64,000 nt of DNA from Eledone cirrhosa (lineage: Eukaryota): NCBI GenBank assembly GCA_964016885.1, contig OZ024743.1:156736001-156800000 (forward strand), written 5' to 3'. Positions 13,558 to 27,268 of this stretch are shown here, piece by piece; positions within the stretch are counted from its first letter, which is position 1, and each line of letters opens with the position of its first letter. The notes under the pieces were generated by a model. It was not told the origin of the DNA. It did not search any database and saw only the letters and a program-made list of their open reading frames with translations. A program made the position numbers and the translations under genes.

Positions 13558-15610
13558 TTCACTGATCCCTGAGCAGGTTGCGGGGACAGAGTTGTCAAAC
13601 ACTTTCCTGTGGGTACTCTCAGAAGTAGAAGCATGTCTAACTGGGGCTAAAACTGATGGTCAACATATTTTAATCTGCTTCACCCCCAGAAATTTACATC
13701 ACAAGCCACCAAGCTCTCAATTGCTAACATGTTATTCCTCTTAAAACAAAAACATATCTAAATTCTTTGAAATGGGAACTCAATCTCCATTTTGTTAATA
13801 CTAGATCACCAGGCCTCATATTGAAAGCAAGGTGGGCAATGATAGAGTACGAAACTTATGATAAAGCTCAAACTAAACTCACACTGAATTTATTAAAACT
13901 GAATTCTCATGGATTTTAACTTATCGTTTTCTTCGTAAGCATGTGTATTTACTAATGATTCCAATCACGTCTAAGTCATCTAGTACATTAGACATTGGGG
14001 TTTTTCGAATTAGGGAGTGATTTAGTTATGCAATGTTAGAAGGAAAATATGAATATTGATATTAATGAGGTATCAAACTAATCTGATCTCTGCATCTCTA
14101 TTTAAACACGCAAATCTAGGAAAGGAGGTCTGTTCGGTCGGCAACAGAATGATTGCATACTTCATTAGTATGTTGCTACTAAAAAAATGTTGAACTCAAA
14201 TTCTAAAGATGGACGTTGATTAAGTGTTTTCTACTTGTATGAGAAATATTTAGGTAAATTATAACAATTTCATTCTTATTATATTAACAAAAAGACACTG
14301 CAGACATTTTTCATATTTCATTCATTCAAAGGCTTCACTAAATTATTTATTAATCTCTCTATTTATATACGTTACTATTATTTTCGCTTTCTAGATGAAA
14401 TCACATTTATATGAAGAATGTTTTAATGTTATGTCCGTTGTATTTTATGATTATTGTTTTTATTTTCTATATTGATATTTCACTTATTTCCTTCTAGTTT
14501 TAATATCTTTGCAATTTTAAATAAATAGAATAATTTTCCTTCAAATGTGTATAAAACCTATATAGTGATATGTCTGATATTAAGAGAGAAAGCTAGAGAG
14601 AGGGTGCGAGAGAGTACAGGAAGAATACGGAGAATAAGTAGAAAAGAAAAAGATAGTTGGTTCTCCTTCTTTTCAAATAATGTTTTCCCTTTGTATAGCT
14701 GAAATGTTATTCAGATCTATAAACATTAATAAGTAGTCGGGGTCCTACAAAAGCATAGAATGAAGATATAAGCAAAGAAACGTGGTGCAAAACAAATTTG
14801 GCATTTATAGCGAGTAAAAATGATAAAATGACAGATTTGACAATTTATTTTGTTTACTTATGTCCCTTATATTTGTTAGAGCTTTCTTATTTTTTCTACA
14901 TTTTTCAATCACATTGTCTCTCAATTTCTGTTTAGAAATATTAAAGTATTCAAGTGCTGACATTTCTAACTCAAGCATTCACAATGGAATGAAGATTAAC
15001 AATCTGTGTCAAACTGAAAACTATAACTGACATTATACTTCTATTTTCAAATGTTCAACGTATCGTTGCCTAAATATCTTCCGAAAATTATTATGGTTAT
15101 TTACAAATAACACATTCTCTTTTAATTTAGTTTTATGGAAATTGTCAGTGTGTTTCAGTTTGCTACATTGTTAGAATACAAATCATGAAGATTTTAATAA
15201 GCAAGCTGGATGAAATAAAAATGAGAGTAAGTGACTGTGGAAGAAGCTAGACATTTCCATTCTTTCATTGAAGCTATTTAACATTGTTTATGTTACTAAT
15301 ATATGTAAGAAGTATACTTTTGAATTTCACTAAACCCTATTGCCTTTCCAATCCCTAGAATATACACATACCGCACCCAAACAAAAGAAAACAAAACAAA
15401 ATTGAAATAAATTTATAATTAAGAAGTAGAAAATTACTATGACATGAGGCTAAAATCATTGAATGAAGTAATCATTACTAAATTTTATTTTAAATGATAG
15501 GATTCATTTGAAAATAAATAAGGTTAGGCATTCGTTTTGAAGGCATAATTAAGTAGTTCTCGAATATGTGTGGGTTTATAAGAAAACAATTACACCTAGC
15601 ATAACTTAAT

Positions 15611-15669
15611 AACTGTTTCTACTTTTGGGCACAAGGCCAGCAATTATCCAGTGCATTACTGGTACTTTA
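15611..15669 (-). mobile_element. SINE 3' fragment
   Basis: TGTTTCTACTTTTGGGCACAAGGCCAGC..GGTACTTT is the reverse complement of the SINE tail. Confidence 0.8.
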
Positions 15670-15780
15670 AATAACAGTCACTAGAATATGTCTTTAAAAT
15701 TTACTTGCATACTCAAACATACACACATGCATATGTGCACATACACACGTATACACTCATGTATATATATATATATATAT

Positions 15781-15889
15781 AATTGTTTCTACTTTGGCAC
15801 AAGGCCAGAAAATCACCCAGTACATTACTTTATTTTATCGACCCCGTAATGATGAAAGGCAAAGTTAACCTCGGCGGGATTTGAACTCA
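15781..15889 (-). mobile_element. SINE 5'-truncated copy
   Basis: Reverse complement of the SINE from the B-box (GGGATTTGAACTC) to the tail. Confidence 0.85.
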
Positions 15890-15912
15890 ATATTATATAG
15901 ATATATAGATAT

Positions 15913-15994
<82 letters not shown>

Positions 15995-15998
<4 letters not shown>

Positions 15999-16237
15999 GA
16001 TTAATAAGTAAAGTAATTAATCATAGTGTAACAGGTAGTCATTATCTGAATCTAAAGTCAGCTCTACTAATATAAATTTTAAAAATTCCATTCGGTAGAG
16101 TATGAACGAATGTTGTTTTAATTTATATTAGTGGAGCTGGCTTTAGGTTCTAAAAGTAATGCCTGTACCACTTTGATTAACATATATTTGATATATTTGC
16201 CAGACGATATGATTAATTACTTTACTTATTAATCAAT
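15995..16237. repeat. Imperfect foldback (inverted repeat) next to (TA)n
   Basis: ATTGATTAATAAGTAAAGTAATTAATCATA pairs with TATGATTAATTACTTTACTTATTAATCAAT; inner arms CTAAAGTCAGCTCTACTAATATAAAT / ATTTATATTAGTGGAGCTGGCTTTAG. Confidence 0.8.
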
Positions 16238-16513
16238 ATATTAATACATATATCATGTTCCTTCTCCTAAGAGTTAGTAAAACAGATTTGTTGTAGACCA
16301 AACGCACTGTTAATTCTAGCATTGCCATTGGCCTGTCTGTATCCTCATATCATTGCGTTTCCTAGCCATGTCCGTTCAAAACCTGTTTTGAAGCCACGTT
16401 ACCATTCTTAAATAAGATTTCTTTTACTTGCTTTCTGATTTGAAAATAATCGAAATTTTACCATCTACGTACGTTTTTTTACTTGCAGTCGGACTTTTCT
16501 TTGGCAATGCATC

Positions 16514-16583
<70 letters not shown>

Positions 16584-17409
16584 AGTGCTATATGTAGGCT
16601 AACATTAGTTATTTAAATATTTTATAAAGACACCATATTATTTATTCATTCTTACGACTGAAGACAGACATAACATCTGCCTTCAAGAATCCACTGGTAG
16701 ATGAAATAATTATCTCATGTTTTTATTACATAACTATATATATATATATATATGTGTGTGTATGAGTGTGTGTGTGTGTGTATGTGTGTGTGTATGTGTG
16801 CGTGCGTGTGTGTGTGTATATATATGGATGGTAAGGATCGATCTTATAACATCATTTCCCTCAGATATTCTTATCAAATTGCACCTGTATAATCGTACAA
16901 ACAAGCATAAAGTGGATACATTTGTCTAGAAAATATCTTACCATTGAATTTATATATATATATATATATAATTAAGGAACGTTTGATATATACATGTATC
17001 AAGCATCAACAAAAAAATGACTAGACGTAGTGGTTTTAAACATGTATACTTTGTCTTCAGTTCTGGGTTTGAATATAGCCTTTGTGTTTATATACATCAA
17101 TTACCTTCCATGGTGATCGATATATTCACTACGAACCCGGCCATTTAATTTAGTTAAAGTTATTCTAAAGGAATAATAGAATATGCATGCAAGGATACTG
17201 AAATTTAGATATTTACATTTTAAATATGTTACTTTTTTTAATTGAATATATCTTCTTACATAGTTTTACAAATTTCCTCCTTTTAATGCCTGATATATCT
17301 ATATATCAATTCATAACATATGCTCGGATATATTCCTAGAGCTGAATTACAGGAGATATGGAGATTGTCTGATTCTTTTTTTAGACTTGACATTCTTATT
17401 ATTGATATA

Positions 17410-17559
<150 letters not shown>

Positions 17560-17686
17560 GGAGTTGAGTTTTATTGTAGTACAATAAAGCAATGCAGATA
17601 TCGGATAAGAAGCACTCTACAGTTTGTAGGACAGGTGTATACATAATATATAAGAACAAAAGATGGTTAAATGAGTTCCATGTATT

Positions 17687-17750
17687 TTATTATGCGCATT
17701 TCAAAAACAAATATCATCATGCAATAATATTTGTGTTTTCATCAGATAAT
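17687..17750 (-). ncRNA. Type I hammerhead ribozyme (inverted pLTR arm)
   Basis: Reverse complement of the HHR at 19511-19575. Confidence 0.75.
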
Positions 17751-18309
17751 ACAGAAAGACATGATATGAAGGTTAAAAAACACTTGTGGATAGTTCAGTT
17801 TTAAATCAACATATGAGAAGTAGTTTTAGATTGATGTGTGATATTGGGAAAAATATTTTATTTAGAGGGGGGCGGGTTGGAAAGGATGAACAAGAGGAGG
17901 AGATGAGAGTAAAAAGTGGAGAGGGAGGAGTATAATGAGGAAGGATGAGATAGGAGGAGAGATGCGTGATAGAGAGAGAGAGATAGCTTTTATAACTGAG
18001 AAAGATATATTGTTTTACATAGAGAGGTTGAAAACCGTTGGAAGATAATGTATAAATTAAAAGAATTTGAAAATTAACGAAGAGAAAAATAATGTAAAGT
18101 TAAGGTTTGTATATTGAGGGTTTGATAATATGTGTGATAAAAAAGAAAATGTTAATATGTATTGAGAATAATATTTAAGGGTTTAATAATATGTGCGATG
18201 GAAAGAAAATGTTGATATGTATTATTAAAAAGAATAGGTAATTTAAGTAAGGGTATATTGTGAGATGAGCATGAATGAGTTAGATGAAAGGGAGAAAAGA
18301 ATAATGAAT

Positions 18310-18629
18310 TTTGGCTCCACTTCCACCTCTTTTAAAGCTCGTCTTTATAACCATCATTCGTCTTTTAAATACAAACTTAAAAGAACCAACACGGCTCTCT
18401 CAGAACTCATATGGTCCTTGAAAGACAAAAATATTAAATATAGCATCTTTTGGAAGAAGGTTTCTTCTGCGTCTACATGAACAGTTCTCTATCCAAAATT
18501 TGCAATCTCTGTCTAAATGAAAAATTTACCATTATTTCTAATTTAGATTCTATAATAAATAGACGCACTGACTTGTTTTCTATCTGCTTGCATAAATTCC
18601 ATAAAACATTTCACAAAGTATACAGCTAA
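18310..18629 (+). pseudogene. PLE GIY-YIG endonuclease C-terminal fragment (Naiad-like)
   Basis: FGSTSTSFKARLYNHHSSF..TALSELIWSLKDK..W, a frameshift, then CNLCLNEK..INRRTD..CLH..* (TAA 18627-18629). Confidence 0.85.
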
Positions 18630-19510
18630 TATTCAATTCTTTATCAATTTAGAATCTTTTTCTCAAAGGCACATATATATATACACTTCTTTTAAAAATA
18701 TACCCATCTTTCTACCTTATTTCAAAGGTTATTATACATTCTATAATACTTGTTACTCATTCTACATCGCTCCTATTTATCACTTCCCTTTCTTCTCTTC
18801 TTCTTTTAATGTCTAACCCCTAATATGTACCTGTTCTCACTCTTGCCTAACATAGAATCAATTATTACATAATACAATACATTCTTACTCTATATCACCT
18901 TGTAAAAATCCTTCGTAAACATATACATTTTTTTGACGTTAGATTATTCATCCTCAATTCATTATTCTCTTCTCCCTTTCATCTACTCATTCATGCTCAT
19001 CTCACAATATACCCTTACTTAAATTACCTATTCTTTTTAATAATACATATCAACATTTTCTTTCCATCGCACATATTATTAAACCCTTAAATATTATTCT
19101 CAATAGATATTAACATTTTCTTTTTTATCACACATATTGTCAAACCCCTCAATATACAAACCTTAACTTTACATTATTTTTCTCTTCGTTAATTTTCAAA
19201 TTCTTTTAATTTATACATTATCTTCCAACGGTTTTCAACCTCTCTATGTAAAACAATATATCTTTCTCAGTTATAAAAGCTATCTCTCTCTCTCTATCAC
19301 CCATCTCTCCTCCTATCTCATCCTTCCTCATTATTCTCCCCCCTCTCCACTTTTTTCTCTCATCTCCTCCACTTGTTCATCCTTTCCAACCCGCCCCCCT
19401 CTAAATAAAATATTTTTCCCAATATCACACATCAATCTAAAACTACTTCTCATATGTTAAAACTGAACTATCCACAAATGTTTTTTAACCTTCATATCAT
19501 GTCTTCCTGT

Positions 19511-19575
19511 ATTATCTGATGAAAACACAAATATTATTGCATGATGATATTTGTTTTTGAAATGCGCATAATAAA
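19511..19575 (+). ncRNA. Type I hammerhead ribozyme
   Basis: TTAT-CTGATGA (19516-19522), AT-rich stem II, GAAA-TGCGCA-TA-ATAA. Stem I is TTAT/ATAA and stem III is minimal and palindromic, as in PLE HHRs. Confidence 0.75.
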
Positions 19576-19608
19576 ATACATGGAACTCTATTAACCATCT
19601 TTTGTTCT

Positions 19609-19705
<97 letters not shown>

Positions 19706-19768
19706 AAGAATGGGAGAGAGAGAAAGAAAGAGAGAGGTGAGGAGAGAGAGGAAAACTGCTCTTGGATC

Positions 19769-19897
19769 TAGCTGTCGAAACAGCCGGAGTTCAGCCCTCG
19801 GGCTCCTGACTCTTTTCCTATTACACATTCTACTACCCTAACTATCGAGTACTTTGGTGCGTTATGGTCCACCTGGTTCCTTACCACACTTTCTTTG

Positions 19898-19900
<3 letters not shown>
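19769..19900 (+). repeat. Dispersed ~130-bp retroelement 3' tail ending in (TA)n
   Basis: Homologous to the minus-strand copies at 52097-52182 and 52376-52520 (TTTGGTGCG.TAT.GTCCAC.TGGTTCCTTACCACAC). Confidence 0.7.
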
Positions 19901-19931
<31 letters not shown>

Positions 19932-21132
19932 AATGATGGATTTCAAGTGTGCAAGAATCTAATTATGTTCAAAGTGTGAATTAAATGATTTCTAATAAAT
20001 ATGAAAGAGCCGCAGGAAAATTCGTTATGGTGTCCCTCGGCCTGAAGAAAGAAGGCCCACACATTTTCCTGAAATTTACCAGTGTCATTTTTAAATAAAG
20101 AGGGAATCTTTGGATAATATATTCCCTACTTCTTCGAGTGTTTAATGAGTTCTCACTGGCCGAACGATTAAAGAGTAACATGACGTAAATAAACTAATAT
20201 TCAGATAATTTGGACAAAATATGAGATACGCATTGTGTTAATTCTGTCAATATAATTATCAATGCTTGAACAGTTCATCATCACATGCATACATACATAG
20301 ATATATACATACTTAAATACATACATGATGGCTGCAACTCAATTCCGAGTAATGCCATCGCATGATACTTAACTTACCTATGGCCAGCAATGACACGTAT
20401 CGCAAATGTTACATATCAAGCGATATATGTGTTTGAAGCTTTTATATTTAAGGAAAGACTTTGCACTGGGCCAATCTCACTCTCTGAACATAGAATGTAT
20501 TTACCGAAAACGTAGAACTGGTCTACATCATTGGATGCAAGTCTTTACACCAGCATGTCCTTCTACCAAAGAATTCTCCAGGTTTTGTTTTTTATCTGCA
20601 TGGTGATCAAAATCACTCTCCTCACCAAGCAAGCTTGATGATGTTGCCTTTTCAGTCGCCGACGACGGCCATGCACAGGTTGTACTGAGTTACATGTTAC
20701 CAGTAGCGTTTAATAGCGACCTGACATACATTCATACACACATACGTATGTAAATACATATTCACGCAGACATATATACTTCTACACTCATATAGAGTAG
20801 TTGATTTTATTGATATACATATTTATTCAAACAACCAGGTTTTATAACTATCTATTATCCATTTATACACATATGTCAACCACGAGCGAATTTCCTAGAG
20901 AGTATCTAAGAAATTCGATAGTTCTTTTCGTCTTTTTTTGTTGAGGTTGATGATGCTGTTGATAATAACGATGAGAAAGGTGGTATTGTCGGTGGTTGTG
21001 GTTGCGGTGGAGATGTTATTAATAGTGATGCTAACTCTGGTTGAAAGGAAGGGGATGGTGGTGATGATGGTGACAATGGCAGATGGGATGTGTAGTGTTT
21101 GGAGCAGCGAAAATGATGATAATGATGACGAT

Positions 21133-21133
<1 letters not shown>

Positions 21134-21179
<46 letters not shown>

Positions 21180-21180
21180 C
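21134..21180. repeat. (CAT)n microsatellite
   Basis: Read directly; explains the poly-His ORF. Confidence 0.95.
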
Positions 21181-23966
21181 GCTCATCAAATTTCTGCTGC
21201 TAATTCCAACCTTTTAAATTTTATTTATATACATGCTATCTTGAGTTGCCTTTCTCTCTTCTTGCTGCTGTCCTCGAAAATGAGCATTTTCTTCTATTTC
21301 TAGTGTTAGTGACATGTTGATGTTGTTTTATGTGATACTGCTGCTGTCTTCGTTATGCAGCTCGTATAATACAGCTGTTGCAGTAAAAATAGATTCTGTG
21401 TGCTGCTGTTGTTACTGTTGTTGATAGTGATGTTTTCAAATAGTAATATATTACTTAAGATCTTACTGCTCTGGTTGCTACATTTGATACATATAATGCT
21501 GTTGCTGTTATCGGTTGTGACATTACTTTTGCTGGTGATGTCGCTATAAGTTTAGTCTGAACTTTTCACTGAATATTTATTTTTTAATGGCCAAGGAGGT
21601 GTTTGGCTCCACTGCTTGCTAAACGCATCATTGATTTAGATTTTTCTCTTTTAAAATAATTCCAGCTTGTTGCAATTCTCTTAAATTAGATAACCTTTTA
21701 ACATCAATTTACTTTTTATAATTATCTGGATTCAACCGGTTTGATTTTTAGTTACTTTTATCACTTTATTCTTTCAATTTTCCTAAAATGTTCTATTATT
21801 TTTCATTACGTTATATTCCTTATTTGTTCTTGTTCTTTTTGTCAAACTTATTTTGTATGCTGTCTACCAATGATGATATTATATAAAAGCCAAGAGCATA
21901 TAGGTTAGACGATCTGTGAACCTGGCTAGACTGTGTATCTGTTGATACTTTTGTTTTATGCATAGCTGTAGTTGTTTAGTTACAGATCATCGCTTAACAC
22001 ACAGAATAGCGACCATAAGATTTCCAGTGGTGTTCATTCTCTTTTCTCATCAGCATAGTGTGTCAAGTATTACATTATCCAATGTGTCCTTCCTCCTATT
22101 TCAAATTAATCGTGATATTTTATTCAATAACCATCGTTATTGTTCGTGAGGGTGGGGGTTATGACATACCCAATCAGAAATGTAGTTGCCAACCCATTCA
22201 GAAATACCCACGTGTGTCCGAATAACTTTATTCATCCATTTGTAAATTTTCGATCAAATCGTATTGTTTAATGATAATGTGCTAGGTTATAAACATAATA
22301 GGCAGTCAATATTAGTAACACTTTCTTTCAGCCATAACATTTCCAACTAAAATTATTGAAATACCAAATACATATATCCACGATTAGCTACTGGGATTAC
22401 GTTTCCTATTCAATCAATTACAATGGGAAATATCACAAAATTCATTCTACCTCTGATTATTACGGCAGTTATTTGAACTGATTCAATATCAATTAATATA
22501 TTCTGAGCGTACACTCAAAGAAATACAACACTTTAAATTAAATCAAACCTACATAGAGGTAAAGTGATTATATATATATACACTTTCCCACCATGCCTTC
22601 CGTCAATATGCTTTGTATGCAACGGAAATGTTGTTTCATTCGTCTCCGTTCATCATTAATATATGAATATTGGTATAGAGCAGGCACATCCATTTTTTTA
22701 CAATTATCAGACATAGACAAGGATAAATCAATAGAATTAATTAATCTGTTATAACGATTTCTGATATTTTTTTATAATATATTGATTTTTTAAATATTAA
22801 TTATCTTTGATGGGCACTAGACCAAAATTAGTAAGAAAATGTTATTTTATATCAATATCCATTCATTTATCATAAACAATGTACAACAATGACCTCATCG
22901 AGGCAATAACAATTCTATGCAAATAAATGTTCTAGACAAATGTTCCACCTTCGTCTATATTTTGTATATGGCAACAGGTGGTTGCTATGAATAACCAGTC
23001 TATACTAATATATGGCCTTTTCCTCCAACGTACTATAAGCATTATAGGCGGTTTATTGCAATGTACAGTATACATCATTAATTTTTAATGCATATTTGAT
23101 GACTGTTGACATATTATATTTATAACATATAGAGAAAATAAACGCCTATAATTATATAATTTTTCTTTTGCAATTCCAAGGGAAGGGGAAAGTTGACTGA
23201 ATTGTTAATGGTATTTTACGTTATCAATCCCGTAAGGAAGAAAGGCAAAATTAATATCAGCAGGATATACGCCTAAAATTATTGAATTCAAAAATATTTA
23301 ACAATACCAGATCTGTATTTCATAAGTAATATAGATTTATGTGTTTAATAGTCGTAATCAGTATAATCAATTGCACTTATGCTTTGGACCTAATTTGTTG
23401 ATACTCACAAAAGTTTCAACAAACAGTCTTATTCATGATGTCTATAAATGGTCTCCTCATTTCCGTACATTTAACATTTATTGGTTATGAGACGAAACTG
23501 AATGACAAATTGATTTTCCGTAATCATATTTCGTTTACCGATAGACGAGATCCAAGACCTCATTCGCTTACTGAGTATACTTTATTGAAACCATCAATAC
23601 TTACCTCGTTTTTATCGTCACTCGCACTGTATCACTTCCCCATACATATACTATCATGATCACCATTACCACAACGCCCTTACAATTTTATTAGGTTTAT
23701 TATTATTAGTCATTATCAATATTTTACATTTTATGTATATTATGAGAGTAATGGCCTTGATGTGTGTTTCACACTACATATTAATTTAGTAGTATATTCT
23801 TTGTTTTCTTTGTCTTGGTGCTATTTGTTATATTGCATTGATTGTTTTGTTTTCACTCATCGCAATATTTTATTGCTTGCTTCGTATATAATACATAGTT
23901 CTAGTATCACATTGGATAAAACATATTATATGAAAATGGTTATGTAAATGATTCCGAATATCTTAT

Positions 23967-26900
23967 ATCCTGGGTATGACATTAAACTACATCCAGTGGC
24001 AAGGCTCCAGTTCGGGAGTTCAGGAGATGTGGGGAATGTGGAGTTACCCCTTAGTTGTCATGACTGCCAGGTCTGCCCTGGCCCGGGGTGGTAGTACCTG
24101 TTAGGGCTCCATTTATGGGTTAAATAACTACCTTATTCGAGTGGCGCCGGTAAGGTATTGTCAGCCATTGAGAAGAAATATGGAGAATCGATCTAACAGC
24201 ACTAGGGTTAGAGCCCCTAATTACACTGTCAAGGAGCAGCCTGGTAGTTATGACTCTGCTGGCTTAGAGCCACAGAGAGGGCCAGTGGATGATGGATCAG
24301 CTGTCTCTGAGACAAATATAAAGAATGCAGTTTTGTCCTGCAGAAGAGCCATCAAAATGGGCACTTTGAATGTGAGGACTATTCGGACGCTGGAGAAGAG
24401 AGAGGAGTTGGGACATCTGTTCGAGGAGAGTGGTATACAGATACTTGCGATCCAAGAACACAGGATTCTACACGATGAGCTCGTGAGGAGTGTGATGATC
24501 GGGAGGAAGAGCCAGTTCATCACTACATCGGCAGTGAATAACACAACAAATGCTGCAGTAGGAGGAGTGGGTTTTGTGTTCAGTGCAAAAACCAATCTGT
24601 TGGTGAGGGAAATAATGCCTATCTCCCCGCGAGTGTTGAGGGTGACCTTCAATGGAAACCCAAGACTGACAGTCATCTCAGCCTATAGTCCAACCGAGGG
24701 GGACAGTGATGTGAATGCGGAGGAGTTCCATGAGGAGGTGTGTAGAGCTGTCAACACCACTCAGGCACACAATATCCTGCTTGTTTTGGGGGACTTCAAT
24801 GCACATCTGAGTAAGGAGGGCAGTGAAGATCCTTGCTGGTACTTCCATAACAACACCAACCGAAATGGAAGACTACTGAGAGACACCCTGCTGGAGGCGA
24901 ACTTGATGGCGACCAACCTAGGGTTTAGGAAGAATCTGGGGAAGATGTGGATCTACATCTCAGATATGCACCTGTCCAAGTCCCAGATTGATTTCATTCT
25001 GGTAGGAAAAAGTGTCGGAATAGTGTTCTGAACACGGAACCATACAGCTATTTCAGTACACTGGGTAGTGACCACCGGCTTGTTATGAGTGAGGTCCGCG
25101 TGAGCTTAAGAAAGAGCAAGGCTCAGCCCCAGAGAACAATCTATGACTGGGGAGCTTTCAAGGAAGATGATAAGCTACAGGAGAAGTTCACGGTGGAAGT
25201 GAGAAACAGGTTTAGTGCTCTGTGTGGAGAGTCAGAGGAGAGAGAGATTGGATGGACTGAGGAGAGTGTGACGAGGAGGTACGGGCACTTCACCAATGCA
25301 GTGGCGGAAGCAAGTGAAACCCTGGTGCCGAGGAAAAAGAACAAAGGGAAGCACGTCAGCTCTGCAAACCCAAAAGTGTGTGCAGCCAGAGAACACCTGA
25401 AAGCTGCCAGGGACCAATTCCATGCTGATCCTACGGAGGAGAGAATGGAGACTGTGGAGGTGATGAGGGAAGAGCTCTGTACCGCTTACACTGAGGTCAG
25501 AGAGGAGGCACTGATAGAGAAGATCAGAAGTGTGGAGAGAGCGGTTGACAGATCTGGATGTAAGGAGAGCTGGATCAACGAGATCACAGGGAGGAAGAGA
25601 AGGTGTTCGAGTCAGATCCAGGGAACGGGGCCCGAGGATAGGAAGAGGAAATGGCTAGACCATTTTAGGACCCTACTAGGAGAGCTACCCTCCACAGCCC
25701 AGAGCACTGGGGAGATCAGGCGGCTGTTTGAGGAACTGGATGTTGAGACAGAGCCCTTCACCAGAGATGAGCTTCAGAGAGCCAAGAAGAGGATCAAGGA
25801 GGGCAAGGCTCATGGAGAAGATGGAGTGGCATCAGAGGTGATGAAGAGGTGTGATTTTGATGATATCATCCTGGGGTTCTGTAACGGGGCACTGGAGAAA
25901 GGAGTTGCCCCGAATCAGTGGAGGATCAGTAACATCGTCCCAGTGCCAAAGAAGGGAGATCTCTCTAACACCAACAACTACCGGGGGATCTCACTGACAT
26001 CACTTGTGGCAAAGACCCTCAACAGGATGATTCTTAACAAGATCCAGCCTGAGATGGAGAAGAAGCTCAGGGACAACCAGAACGGCTTCAGAGAGGGTAG
26101 GTCAACCAACAGTCACATCCTGATGCTGAGGAGGATATTAGAGGGAGCTAGAGCAAAGTGCCCTCCTGCGGTCATGGTTTTCATTGACTTTAGGAAGGCC
26201 TTTGATTATGTGGCCCGTTACTGCCTGATGAAGATCTTACAGGCTTATGGAATCCCCAAGAAGATAGTGGACCTGATTTCACTGCTCTACACCAACACCA
26301 AAGCCCAAGTCATTACACCTGATGGGATGACAGAGTTCTTTGAGATACTGGCTGGAGTGCTCCAGGGAGATACATTGGCTCCCTACCTTTTTATCATCGT
26401 AGTGGACTATTGTTATGCGCCTTGCACTGGATAAACACCAGGACTCTGGCTTTACTGTAGCACCGGCTCAGAGCAGGAGAGTTAGGGCGAAAAAGGTATC
26501 GGATGCTGAATTTGCCGACGACATAGTTTTGGTGACAAATACAGTGAAGGAGGCAGAGGATTTGATGCGGGAGGTTGAGACTGTGTCGATGAGTGTGGGG
26601 CTGAGAATGAATGAGACTAAAACAAAATATCTGGTAGAGAATGTTGAGAAGCCAGAGGGGATCACTAATGTAGGCGGGAAGCGGCTGGAATTGGTTGAGG
26701 ACTTCCTGTATTTGGGAGCAAAGATTGGAATACGGAAGATGATGTGGTTGAGAGGAAGAGCAAGGCCTGGGCGGCGTGCCACAGCTTGAGATCGGTGTGG
26801 AAGTCGGACCTTCGTAGAGACATGAAAATCCGCCTCTTCATTGCTGTAGTGGAGTCTATGCTGCTGTATGGGTCTGAGACTTGGACACTGACCAAGAAAC

Positions 26901-27268
26901 TCACTCAGATGGTGGATGGGTGCTACACGAGAATGCTGAGGATGGCTCTGAACATTAATCAGTATACACTGAGGATGAAAAACTCAGAGCTGTATGGGAG
27001 CATCCCAAACGTCAGCTCAAAAGTTACACAGAGGAGACTGAGGTTAGCTGGACATGCTCACCGACATCCAGAGTTGACATTGCACTCAGTACTCCTTTGG
27101 GAGCCCCTACATGGACACACTAGAAGAGGAAGACCAAGGTTAACGTATGTTGATGCCCTAAGGACAGACACTGGTCTGTTTGAGATGCAGGACATGGCAG
27201 CGATAATGAGGGACAGAGACCGCTGGGGAGAACTCGTCCATGGATCTCGGGAATTTTACCCGCCTTAG
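23967..27268 (+). mobile_element. Full-length RTE-clade LINE
   Basis: Single APE-RT frame, 3.3 kb, flanked by a perfect 9-bp TSD ATATCTTAT (23958-23966 and 27269-27277). Confidence 0.93.
24180..27268 (+). pseudogene. RTE APE endonuclease-reverse transcriptase, three frameshifts
   Basis: Motifs GTLNVRT, LAIQEHR, AYSPT, LGDFNA, QIDFIL, SDH, NYRGISL, QNGFR, FIDFRKAFD, GVLQGDTLAPYLF, FADD, FLYLG, LLYGSETW, GRPR. Frameshifts near 25010, 26415 and 26730. Confidence 0.93.

Noticed and set aside
13329-13634. Poly-Glu / poly-Arg ORFs
   Set aside because: Products of the (TCT)n microsatellite. The adjacent 13560-13700 might be a retroelement end with a (GAA)n tail, but I found no TSD or motif.
16658-16720. 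CTGAAGA ... GAAA-TAATTA-TC hammerhead-like string
   Set aside because: Stem II is not contiguous with the core and stem I does not pair; at best a decayed remnant.
20370-20725. Possible minus-strand host exons (AG acceptor near 20722, GT donors near 20503 and 20377)
   Set aside because: All three frames after the acceptor contain stops and no protein is recognisable. A non-coding exon cannot be excluded without RNA data.
23205-23265. Old SINE core fragment
   Set aside because: Too short and diverged to delimit reliably.
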